Origin: Lingula anatina
Taxonomy: Eukaryota; Animalia; Brachiopoda
Reading direction: 5' to 3'
Assembly: GCA_051362555.1 (NCBI GenBank)
Contig: CM120640.1
Span: 17,360,001 to 17,424,000, forward strand
DNA length: 64,000 nt
The position numbers and the translations under genes are program-made. Positions 23,779 through 34,975 of this stretch are shown here, in pieces. The notes under the pieces were generated by a model. That model had not been told where the DNA came from and did no database searches. It was given only the letters and a program-made list of their open reading frames with translations. Positions within the stretch are counted from its first letter, which is position 1, and each line of letters opens with the position of its first letter.

Positions 23779-26700
23779 TCATTTTTTCATAACATAAAGA
23801 ATAGACTGTCTAGATTCTATCAGCCCTTTCATTTCCACGGTGTCCATAATAAATGCCATCCATCCACAGAACCCCATGGCTAAGACAAGTGCAACCCGTA
23901 GCAAAATAATGGCTGTGTGGATACCATACCCTATGTCAGCATTGAATTCAGCAGTAACAAATAGTAATGCAATGCAAATTGCTCCAACCAATATCCATAT
24001 TTTCTTGTCTTGTTTCACTTTGTCCATGCCACGGTCCAGAGCATGGACAGCCTCTCTTAACAGTTGTTCTTTGTCATAGCCTGGAGAAGTGGCCCCTGGG
24101 GAGTCTGCAATATGTATTGTTAACTTCTTTTACATTTAATTTTGATAGTTGCCCCTAAATATTCACCAGATTGATTGATTATCATCAAATATATGTCACT
24201 GTCCAAATTAAATGCCTTCAAAGTATGCTAATTATACTTTCCTGTCCCATGTTCACTCTGAGATCTAAATTGCACTGCTGTTTCTTTTTAAAATCTTGAA
24301 AATTACAACAACAACACCTTCATGGACTCTATTTGATGCATATTATTTCTTTTCTTTAAAGGTTTTAGGTTGAATTACCTTTAGAAGACTTGTGAATGGT
24401 GAAATCTGCAGCTAAAGCTTCATGGTCAGAATAGTTGATCTTTGTGTTTGGAATGTGTCCCAAAGTGGTATAACACCTGTCACAGGTCATCACCACACCT
24501 AGTAACACAGGTAATGGATATTTTAATTTTTCTACATTTATTAAAATATTTACAAAAAAAAAACTTTGTTTTCTGGCTTTGCTTCTGTGAATAGGTTAAT
24601 TTAAAATCTAGGTAGTTTTCCGTCTATGGTAGGTAAATAAATCATTAATTATTGCCATAACAAGCCTCTGGGTGTTCTTGAATTTCAATTTTTTCCAACT
24701 AATTGGGTTTTTTTTTAAACATGACATATTTAAGCATCATAGTGCCAATATTGTTGACAATCTATTATGATAGAAAGAGTTATTTACAGACATAGACTAT
24801 TTCAAAACAAATAAGTTTGACAAACCTGACTTGCTTTTGAACATTATATAATCAATCCTTTTCCCCTTTGGTGCCAGTTTAAGACATGCTTTACTAGTGT
24901 AACAGTTGGAAGGCACATCACATGTATAACCCTCATCATCAGCATTCCACTCTTTCTGAAACAGGGGGCAAAAGGAAAAGCATGACAGAAAATGATTTAA
25001 ATAATTCTGCTATTTCAAAGAGACAACGTCCAATTCTCTCTTAAGTTAGCTACAAAACAGCAGACCAATGAACGACTGAATAAAATACTTAATACTGAAA
25101 AATAACATTTATGACCTTCACAAAAACACTATGGGATATAGCTGGATAGGAAGGCATGATCTTACTGTTAAGAAGGTTAGACATCTCAAATAATGTAAGT
25201 AAAGTTGAAATCCAAAACACATGCCTGTTTATATAAGTATATGCGTCCCTTTGCTAGCTTCTTAACAAATTAATCTATTCAGGAAAACAACTCATTAATA
25301 AATACTGCAGTTTCATTTCACACCTTTTCTAACCAAGCATCCAGCATATTGGCATTGGTCCTGACAATCCTGTACCCTATATCTACTGGCTCATAGTTGA
25401 GATCTCCGCCCAAGATGACCAGGTCACTGCCACCGCTGGTGTGCTTGATAAACTGACTCAGTTCGTAGGCCTGGCTGACTCTGTGGGCAAGGTACTCATC
25501 ATTGTCGCGGCAGTACTCGGCATGGACCTTTGGAATTAAAAGAGAAACTTTTTAAATCTTTAAAAGAAATCAAGGCATTCAATAGTTTTGGGGTAGGATT
25601 CTGCATGGACCTATGGAAAACAAACTTCTGAATTTTCTTTATTATTTTGAAAATAAAATTATGTATTCACCATTAAGTACTTAAGAAAATGATTCAGAGT
25701 CCAGGATGGTGCATTCTGTCAGAATGAACATCAGAAATAAGAGATGCAATTTTATAGCTAACATATTTGCTATTGGATACTACCCTTTATGTTCTTTTTG
25801 GACACTTGCACCACTCGGAATGTAGGCACAAAGAATAGGAATAGTTTATTCTGATGTATGTCACTCATATCAAGAATGTAAAAAAAACTTAAAATATATA
25901 TACATCCCTAAATTCAATAATTTCATACTTCAGTGAAGGAAAATATACTTTTAAACGACTACTCATTTACCAACCAACTTTAAACAACTTACATGTGTAG
26001 TATAAAGTGCTATTTCAAGTCCCTGGTACACTATCTTATTCATCCCAACCAGTTTTCCTCCAAACCAATCTCCATGCCATATCTTGTGCGCATAGCCATT
26101 CAAGTAATAGCGGTGGTTGAAAGCTTCAACTATTTCACCTTTTGAGAACACACAGACACCACTTCCAACAAATCCACTGGAATATAAACATTGGTACACC
26201 AACCTTTTGTTCATTAAAGTAAAACATATATGAAAACAAAAGATCACAAACAAAATTCAACCATAAATTCTACTCTTTGTTCACCTTGGTGTCTTTTTTT
26301 ACTACTTATATATAGCACATTTTCAAACTTTAATAATACATATTTTTAAATATAGAAATCACTTTCTGCAATGACTTTATAAATATATAAACTTTAAAGG
26401 CAAAACCTAATGACAATAAAAATGAATAAATGTACCAGTATCAGAAATGGGTAACTAATTAACATGTAATGTACCTATGAAAATAGTGGCTATATGGCAG
26501 AACAGAAGAAACTCTGAGCTGTATACTTTTAAAGTCTTTCTCATCCCAAATCTGAAAAAAGAAAAAATATCAAGTTAAATTGATAAAATCCATTAAGCAC
26601 TTACAAAAAATGTTAATAGTGTCCACTAATTATAACATGATATATAAACTGTTACATGTACAATGCAATTATTCAACTATTTAAAAAAAACTGACATGAG

Positions 26701-27201
26701 CATACATGTATTTACCTCCTGCAACATCACAATGTCATGCATTCCCTCTGCAATTTTGTCTGCTATAGCCTTCATTCTCTGCTCTCTGTCTTTGCTGCCA
26801 AGACCTGGGATTGGAATACCCCTAGAACAAAATAATCTACTGGTGATTTAACGTATGGATTTTTTTCATTGTAAGAATTAAATTCTGTACGTGCCATTAT
26901 GTTTATTTTGTAGTGTCTAACATCACATGCTTCCCATACTCTAGGCTTTAACTGCATTATTTGTCCATCGATCAATTTTACATTAGAATGGAACGCTGCG
27001 GAAAGGCCTTAAATCCAAAGTAAAAGACAAAAGCTGAAAATAGGCACTGGGAAAACATTTTTAACCCTAATGGTAAAGGTTTAAAGGTTAGATCTTGCAT
27101 TTCAACCTACATGTACGTCTCGGGCACCGAGACGGCATACGTGGAACCTCAAAAACTTACCAGCAATTTAGCGTGAGAACACTAAGCTTGGCCGCAACCA
27201 T
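23779..27201 (-). CDS. SMPD2: Neutral sphingomyelinase 1 (SMPD2/ISC1 family; EEP fold plus two C-terminal TM helices)
   Basis: Exons 27201-27161, 26821-26716, 26551-26475, 26176-25993, 25527-25324, 24955-24826, 24498-24379, 24104-23779. Motifs: LSVLTLNCWGI, DIVMLQEIW, SHYFHSGFVGSGVCVFSK, LNGYAHKIWHGDWFGGK, TTHVHAEY, LGGDLN, TCDVPSNCY, GKRIDYIM, YSDHEA, and a C-terminal hydrophobic pair. Confidence 0.95.
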
Positions 27202-27380
27202 GGTAAAACCTTCGTTAATATAATTACACTATGAAAAGTACTCTTAAGTACAAGCACACTGACTGTCAAAGCGTGAGGGTGTGTATTTTACGAATGGCGA
27301 CGTTCCGTCCGCCATACTACACTATCATTGCTATACGTGCGAAAACGAGGCTGAGGGAATTCCCATTTGATTATCATCCC
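27202..27380 (-). promoter_or_regulatory. CpG-rich proximal promoter/5'UTR of SMPD2
   Basis: Local CpG enrichment relative to the CpG-poor gene body; aatggcg (YY1-like core) at about 27293. Bounded upstream by the HINE insertion. Confidence 0.5.
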
Positions 27381-27410
27381 TTTTTATGTACAGACACAGA
27401 TGTGTCTGTA

Positions 27411-27660
27411 GGGAAGACCGGGGCTAGTTGGACCCCGGGGTAAGTTGGACCCCCATTAAGTCTTTTTAATAAAGTTACTTTAAGATGCTAAATTATTTCA
27501 TTTGGACTCACTGCCGACGCTTTCTTTAAGTAGCACTATTGGATACGGTCACTTTACAAGATGATGTGAATTCTTTTACCACATAGTTACATGTAGTTTG
27601 TCATAAATTGATGGGGGACCAACTTAATTACCCCGGGGTCCAACTAGCCCCGGTCTCCCC
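27411..27660. mobile_element. TA-targeting MITE (Tc1/mariner-pogo type), 250 bp
   Basis: TIR gggaagaccggggctagttggaccccggggtaa / ttaccccggggtccaactagccccggtctcccc; TA on both sides (27409-10, 27661-62). The empty site (gtgtctgTAcata) is visible in the HINE copy at 6721-6733. Confidence 0.92.
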
Positions 27661-27905
27661 TACATACAGCCGTCACCAGCGTCGCCGTGCACTTCAGTGA
27701 TAACACCATAAGGTGAAAATGTTTTACCTTTTGTCTTCAAACTTATGGAACTGATGAATATTCATGTAAAATTTTATTTTTAAGATATTGACATTTTCAA
27801 GGTGTGACTTTGAACCTCCGTGAGTTTGAATACCTTTGCTAGTCACATTTTCTGAATGTCCATGATACTTCATTTTATTTCATTATTAAAAATTGATGGT
27901 CATTA

Positions 27906-28222
27906 CAGGGGCAGATCCAGGATTATTTGAAGGAGGTCCAGTTTTTAGGAATGACAGGCCGCGAATGCGAAGCCGACCCTCTCCCCCACCCCACCCCGTC
28001 CTTGGCGTTCGTGGGGTTCGGGGCCCGCTGAAGGGCCCCGAAAAAAATGTTGGCATTTTAGAAGGCGAACGGTACTATTTGGTACGTTTTAGAACTATGA
28101 TTCAGCTAGTCAATTAAAATTCTAATTTCAAGAGGGAACCATTGATGCACGTGATTTTCTTCAGAAATCGAAGGGGGGTGGTCAGGACACCCCCCCTGAC
28201 AGCCCCCCTAAATCCACCAATG
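27906..28222. mobile_element. CAGGGG-ended non-autonomous DNA transposon with a 5-bp TSD (hAT5-like)
   Basis: catta|caggggcagatccagg ... aaatccaccaatg|catta. The equivalent uninterrupted site (ggttattatcctg) is at about 7770 in the other HINE copy. TIRs are degenerate. Confidence 0.75.
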
Positions 28223-30773
28223 CATTATGCTGTCAAACATAATGTAATATATTGCATTAAAATTGAAAAAAAAAAACTATTTTGGGCACATAATGACCAT
28301 TAAACGAAAGTTATGTTACGTATGGTTCTCAAATTCACTGAAAAGATTCATAGGACTAAAATGCAGCTTTATGTGTTGGAAAACCAATCTGATTGCATTG
28401 TCTTCTGGAAACAGTGCAGTTCTTTATGAAATTTTCATTTCTCACATATTTGCATTTTCAACGTGGGACCTAGAACTGCCATGGGCATGAAGCCGAATGA
28501 TAATAAATTTTCTTAATGTCCATGTTATGTGTAGTAGATAAGCGTAATAAAAAAATGGTGGTGATTATGCTGTTAATCATGTAATATTGCATAAAAATTG
28601 ACAAAAACCCTACTTTGTGTATTACCATTACAAACATCATGAAAAAAAAACATGTTACTTATTATTTTTTAACTTACAAGAATGATTATTAGGATTGACA
28701 TACAGCTCAAATTGGAAAACCTGCTTGATTGGATTATCATTTTTTCTTGAATTCATTTGTGAAATTTTCATTTTTCTCATTCTGGCATTTTCAAAGTGTG
28801 AACTTGCACTCTCATGAAGCCTTATGCTTGTTACACACTTTACTTACATCGGTATTACCTGTTGTGCATAATTAAGATTTGATGTTGACTTTGCAGTTAA
28901 GCATAATGTATTATTGCATCAGAATTGATAGTAACCTATTTTGTGCATTATTATTTTCTGCTTTTGGTCTGTACATTTGACAGCTCTTTTCAGATTCGGA
29001 GAATCTATACAATGACCATTTTACAACATTTGTCAAAAAGTCTGTATTGGTGACAGCTACTGTATATCTCCTTGCTCCGAATAAATCGTACCACTGTATT
29101 AACATGACAATAGGCAGGTGAGAGAACTGCATCTGACTCAACCAATAACGAACCGAATGGGTTGAGTTGGGAATAAATAGTATCGACGCATTCTACAAAG
29201 AGGGGTTTCAAGCATTTATGAACGAATGGCGAAATTATATGTATCCATCAAGAGCTCACAAAAAATTAATTTTATCAAGTAATATGTAACAACATATAGA
29301 TTCGCCGATCTATGAGAATGGTTTCGACACAAACTATCCAATCTAAATGGACCATACCTGTTGTGATTTGCATAACAATAATTCGCTCATCGCAGTGCTA
29401 TCTTCTTGACTGGTCACTTGACTGCTGGACCCTGTACGGAGAGGACGCAGGATAAGTGAAGTCACAGAGCCAAATATATACAGTATATCTTGTGAGTAAT
29501 TTTTTCTACGAGCGTTTAATAGTGGACATAAGTTACGTCTAATGTGCATAATTTAATATTGAGGTTGTCTTTGTCAGAATAATTTTCTTACTTCTACCCA
29601 GTTATAGCTCAGTGTTTGTCAGCTTAGTTTGTTTTAATTGAAATGGGCAGTATAGGCTCTTTGCCGTTTATAATTCAGGTGTTCTTTGCACCGGTAATGG
29701 TGTTTCCTAAAAACATCTTTTTTATGTTTTTAGAGTATTTTTTAGGGAATAATTCTAAACTTGGTTTGTCTGCGCAGTCGATTCTTTCAATTTGATGTTC
29801 AGCTTTTTTTTCAACATGAGCATAAGCCCTAACTTTTCCAATAAAGTCAATCTCAGTTCAAATTTCATTGCCTTGGAATATACTTTTAATATAGTTGTAA
29901 TAACGCCATTTTGGTCTTTCAGAATTTCCAACTCCTTTGCCGCGAAGGCCATGTGCGTCTGATAGGGGCTGCCTTTGTCTTCCGATCGTACTTTGGAACT
30001 GGACACATAACAGACAAGCACGTGCACACATGCAATGTGATGAAATTGTACAAATTTTTTACTGTTATTTTGGAAACATTAATTTAGGTGTACATATTAA
30101 TTAAGTTTGATGACGATTGGTGTACTAAGATCGACCATGTTCCCTTTCCAAATTTTACCCTGAAGTCGATCAATGTTGTTTTCAAGTTATACCTCAGGGC
30201 CAGCTAAGATGTATCTAACTCTTTTTGGGCCCTATTCAATTTCTCTCTAATTTTATTTTGCAGTATTGTAATTCATAAACGTAATGTAAATTTTAACTGT
30301 TTGCATATCGTAACTTTTAAGTCCATTCGGTCGAAGATTAAGGTCGAGTAAGATTTTAATTTATTTAGTCAATCAGCTACCTGTCATTTGCTTTTGTAAT
30401 CTACATTGTAGAAGTCAGTTTTCCTCCACCATTTGTAAGTGTTATTTCCTGACAATTGAGAAAAAAAGAACAGTTTATTTAAGTAAATACGCTTTTTGGG
30501 ACAGTCTTTAGATTTGATCTTAAATTAATATTGATGAATAAAAAGGTACGGAATTTTCAACTGTATTATTTCCGTTCAAATACAGAAGTGTATACGGACA
30601 TATATATATTCTCTTTACTATCGTTGTCTGTTGTTGGTAATGGCCTGTAATAATAAATAACATAATCATGGTCTTTGTCCTATAGTTTGCGCTTTATGTA
30701 ATTGCACTGCTAATGGTGACAGTTTAGTCTATTCAGTTTGATGGGTGACCACTTTGGAGAGTTTATTTAATTT

Positions 30774-31440
30774 GAGTGGTAAGGGGTGGGGTGATTCCAT
30801 TTGTTTTGAGGGGTGACATTGGGTCGAGGCCATTTGTTTTGAATGGGTGACAGGTGGGGCGTGTCTATTTGTTTTGAAGAGATGACAGGTGGAGCGAATC
30901 TATTGTATTGAAGGGGTGACAGGTGGGACGATTCCATTTGTTTTTGAGGGATGATAGATGGGGCGAGTCTATTGTGTTGAAGGGGTGACAGGTGGGGCAA
31001 GTCCATTTGTTTTGAATGGGTGACAGGTGGGGCGAGTCCATTTGTTTTGAAGGGATGACAGGTGGAGCGAATCTATTGTATTGAAGGGGTGACAGGTGGG
31101 ACGATTCCATTTGTTTTTGAGGGATGACAGGTGGGGCGAATCTATTGTATTGAAGGGGTGACAGGTGGGGCGAATCCATTTGTTTCAAGGGGTGACAGGT
31201 GGGACGATTCCATTTGTTTTTGAGGGATGGCAGGTGGGACGAGTCCATTTGTTTCAAGGGGTGACAGGTGGGGCGAGTCTATTTATTTAGAAGGGATGAC
31301 AGGTTAGACAAGCCCATTTATTTTTGAGGGGTGCCAGGTGGGGCGAGTCCATTTGTTTTGAGGGGTGACAGGTTGGACGAGTCCATTTGTTTTTGAGGGG
31401 TGCCAGGTGGGGAGATTCCATTCATTTTGCGGGGTGAAAA
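30774..31440. repeat. G-rich minisatellite, 34-35 bp unit, about 19-20 copies
   Basis: Consensus gaaggggtgacaggtggggcgagtccatttgtttt. The overlapping minus-strand ORFs are translations of this repeat. Confidence 0.95.
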
Positions 31441-33173
31441 GCGTAACAAATCTATTCCATTTGCCAGACCTTTGCAAATAGAATTATACAAAAAGTACAT
31501 TATAATGCCAGTGGCCAGTGCCATGGCAATAGATGATTTCAACCAAAATGATATAAATTCAAGAATGTTGAAGGGCTCCTGGGTGTAAACCAAAGGCTAG
31601 GTTTCTTGAAGGCGCATCGTGTGCGGCTGCCGGCTTCTGAAATGAGGAAAAACGGTTAACGTCAAATGTTTTTGACTTAACGAATAGGCATAAACATGCC
31701 TATTTTAGGGCAATCAATAGCACAGGAAAGAGGGCACTTATAAATGGAATGATGTGTATGTTTATTAGCATTTCCGAAGTTCATAATCAGCAAGCACCCC
31801 CTTACAAAATTACATTTATAAAACCTAAAATGATTTAAATTTTACAAAGACTGATTTACAATCTATAAAAATGGAACTTCAAAGACAAAATAATTATAAG
31901 ATTGCTCAGTTTTAAAAGTTTTGAAAAGTTCTCTTAAAACTTAAGTCATTGTCGGCAAGAGAGACGTCTGAATTGTTGATAGAATGCGGCCGTACATTTT
32001 GATCATAAACAAGCATTAGGCCTATATAATCGAAATAAGTCGGTGTTCTTTGTGGTTAAGATTACATTTACATAAAAGATTGTCACAAATAGAATTTTTA
32101 AGTTGTCCAGGGCACGTAGTACAAAATGGTCACACAGAAGTAAACTAAGTACAGTTCTAAAAGACTATAACCAATCTTTCTTCCAAGTCGGCCAGGCGCG
32201 CCGTTCCTCTCGTTCTTTTGCAGCCCCAAAGCAATGTTACACTTAATAAATACATTCTAATATTCTGAGAGACATACAAGTAAAAAATGGACATAATAAT
32301 AATAATATTAACAAGAATCGTGTTGTAAATATTTGTTGTAGGTTATTGAAGAAGAAGTAATACTTACAAAACATGTATTTGCTTATAACAGCTGGCCTTG
32401 CGACTGCACCACATGTAGGACCTACTAGAGCGCCTTCACGCAACTGTGTTCGACTGCCAAGTGAGAATTCGGAAGACAGCTCGCAGTACGATGAACAACT
32501 TATTGTTATGCAAATTACGACAGGTATGGCTCAGTTTAGGTGAGTGATTGTGACTGAAACTGTTTACGCATGTTCACAGTCAAAAGACGTAAGTAGATTG
32601 TGACTGAAGTTCACTAGTTATTGGAATACACTGCTTTATTATAGGAAAAAAATAACGTGAGTTTTCCACCATGCAGTATAATAAACCAAATTTCCCGTGA
32701 TACATCACTTCCACAAAACTCAACAATAAGGGAGGAGGGGGAATGTTGATAATTCTTTTTACCGATAAATCTACCTACCAATAATCCCGTCGTCGTCGAT
32801 AGAGACATAATGGGATCGTTAAATCTAAGTGCCCGGCAGCCGCTGGATAAAAAAAATGAACAAGTTCTCCACTGATTAATCCACGTCTCAATATGAACCA
32901 CCCACCGATAGATACAATGTCCCAATTAACCCACAAATCTATCATTAAAGTTACACCAATTTCATAGAGTGGGTTAGTGGACACAAATTGTCAAAATCAG
33001 TGCCTAGTTGTTCGAAAAAGTCTTTTTTCTAAAATCATATAGTGCTTTTTTTCACCTTTTGTCTAATATTTCAGGACTGTAAGCAGAGAACAGGTCTTTT
33101 GGGTAGGTGTGTGTGTGTGTGTGTCACTTTTTGAGTGTGTATGTGTGTGGAGGGTGAGGGTGGGAATGGGATA

Positions 33174-33313
33174 CCCTCTACTAGGGCGACAGATTGATTT
33201 TCCACAGATATTCACAGATATATCTCTAGATAAATAGACGGTCATTTTGGTCTGTTGTCAACGGAACATCTGTGAATATCTGTGGAAAATCAATCTGTCG
33301 CCCTGGTAGAGGG
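33174..33313. mobile_element. TA-flanked foldback MITE, 140 bp
   Basis: ta|ccctctactagggcgacagattgattttccacagatattcacagat ... atctgtgaatatctgtggaaaatcaatctgtcgccctggtagaggg|ta; about 46-bp near-perfect inverted repeat. Confidence 0.9.
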
Positions 33314-33737
33314 TAGGAGTGGGAGTGGATGCAGTGGAAGACCTACGGTAGTATCTAGTTATTTAGAGGCCTATCTCCTGTGGTACTCAGCTAAGATGCC
33401 TACTGACGAATATAGGAGAAAAAAGGCTAAAATTTTATAAAGAGTCCCATGATTTATTTTTCAAAAATAATATTTTTAAAGTTATAACTGAATAATGCGT
33501 TTTTGTGACGTAAAAAGTAGTTCCGCTCGCGGTACTTAATAAATCTAATAAGTACTTAATAAATCTAATAGTATTGGATTGTATAAGACTGGTCCTTTCT
33601 AATTAATAACTGGTCGCTGACATCGCTATCCCGAAAGGTTTTCTCAGGTGCCCTGAAAAAAGGCCAACAAGGTTTTTACAATGCTTGTCGTTTTTAATAT
33701 TCTTGAGGCATATGAATGTAGTTTTCAATAAGTATAT

Positions 33738-33910
33738 TACGGAAGCCGACAGGTGTCATGTTAAAAAAATTATCTTGAAATTTGGACAAAAAATATTATC
33801 TAGAAATTTCGAGGTAGTATCTTGCAATTCTGTTCAAATTTCAAGATGCTACAAATTTCGAGGTAGTATTTTGAAATTTGGACAAAAAAATTATCTTGAA
33901 ATTTCGAGAT
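33738..33910. repeat. Short-period tatcttgaaattt/aaatttcgag repeat, probably a transposon terminal fragment
   Basis: tacggaagcc.. start followed by several tatcttgaaatttggacaaaaaa and aaatttcgaggtagtat units. It resembles my recollection of CryptonV-like non-autonomous ends, but the family is unverified. Confidence 0.45.
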
Positions 33911-34060
33911 AGCTGTTTTGTTACACTGGGATAACAGAATGACTAAGCCACCATTCAATAAACTTTTTTGTTAGGTCATGAACAACAAACTATTTCTTCC
34001 ACTTATCCCTCTTTATTTTAAGAAACCTTCAAGTAAATGATTCAGATAAAATCTTTTTAA

Positions 34061-34066
34061 TTTATT
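34061..34066 (-). terminator. Candidate ArfGAP2/3 polyadenylation signal
   Basis: tttatt on + (AATAAA on -) about 0.9 kb past the stop, just before the repeat-rich region. Confidence 0.45.
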
Positions 34067-34975
34067 CAATACAGTCAAATATCAATATTGCGGCATGCAA
34101 ACTTTTTTCATACAATAATGCAGCTATTTTGCTTTCTTTTAGATAACAGTTCGTTTGAGATCTTGTTAAGACCATTTACATTGCAACACAAGAAAAATAT
34201 ATGACACAGACAAACATTTTCCTTATAGAAGCAAATGAACATACACAAAAGACCTTAGTTAAGCACTGAACATTTGACTTATCAACCATGGTTGCATTTT
34301 GATTTTAAAACATTAAGGAATGTCAAGGTAAAATAAGTTTTTCAAAAGGGATTGAACTGGAGGTAAAATAAGAAATTAATTGTTAATTTACCTTTGTAAC
34401 AAGTATGATGTAAGCCCTTTACTATATTTATATCGAGACTGTCCAAAAAAGAATGTATGGCTTTTGCCTTAAGAGAACATAAAAAGCACTAAAGTTGGTA
34501 ATCAAGTATTTAGTTGCCAACAAAACAAAAACCCAAGCTCAGTAATAAAGATAATAACAAGTAGTTGGTTTTCATACAAAGAAGAATATTACAGAAAGCA
34601 TAATGAACAGAAAAATATGAAAATGGTCTTCTTTCTCATAGATATAGACATGGTATACTTATAGACTTGCACTTCCATTTACTTTTTATCATAATGGCAG
34701 TAAAATATTTACACTTGGATAAAGATTTGGTAGTTATATCAGACCCCTGTATCACAAATAAACCGTCATGAACACTTGCCGCAGCAGGACAGAACCATAA
34801 CCCAGGTCAAAATGTCCATTGGCATTGTCAATATGCAGTGTGGGTTATTTTTCTCCCAAATGTCTGTGCTACTCTACATAATAAAATTAACTGTTCTGTG
34901 TGATTAATAATCCACCAAATCCCATGTGTGTATTGCTAGGCATGAACCCAAGGATGGGGAGAAGAGTCCAATTTC

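Larger units (their letters stand above)
27381..28985 (+). mobile_element. Second, internally deleted copy of the HINE-like element carrying two nested MITEs
   Basis: Same 5' end (tttttatgtacagacacagatgtgtctgta) and the same 3' ~450 bp as 6701-8917 (e.g. gttacaca.tt..acttacat.ggtattacctgttg.gcataattaa; gtctgtacatttgacagct). It lacks the 159-bp core array and is cut off inside the 3' hairpin. Confidence 0.82.

Noticed and set aside
30774-31440. CRISPR-like array
   Set aside because: Units are contiguous with no unique spacers, there are no cas genes, and the context is eukaryotic.
30767-31593. Repetitive minus-strand ORFs (KQMDSPHLSPLQ...) as a repeat protein
   Set aside because: The 34-35 bp unit is not a multiple of 3, so frames shift between units; these are minisatellite translations.
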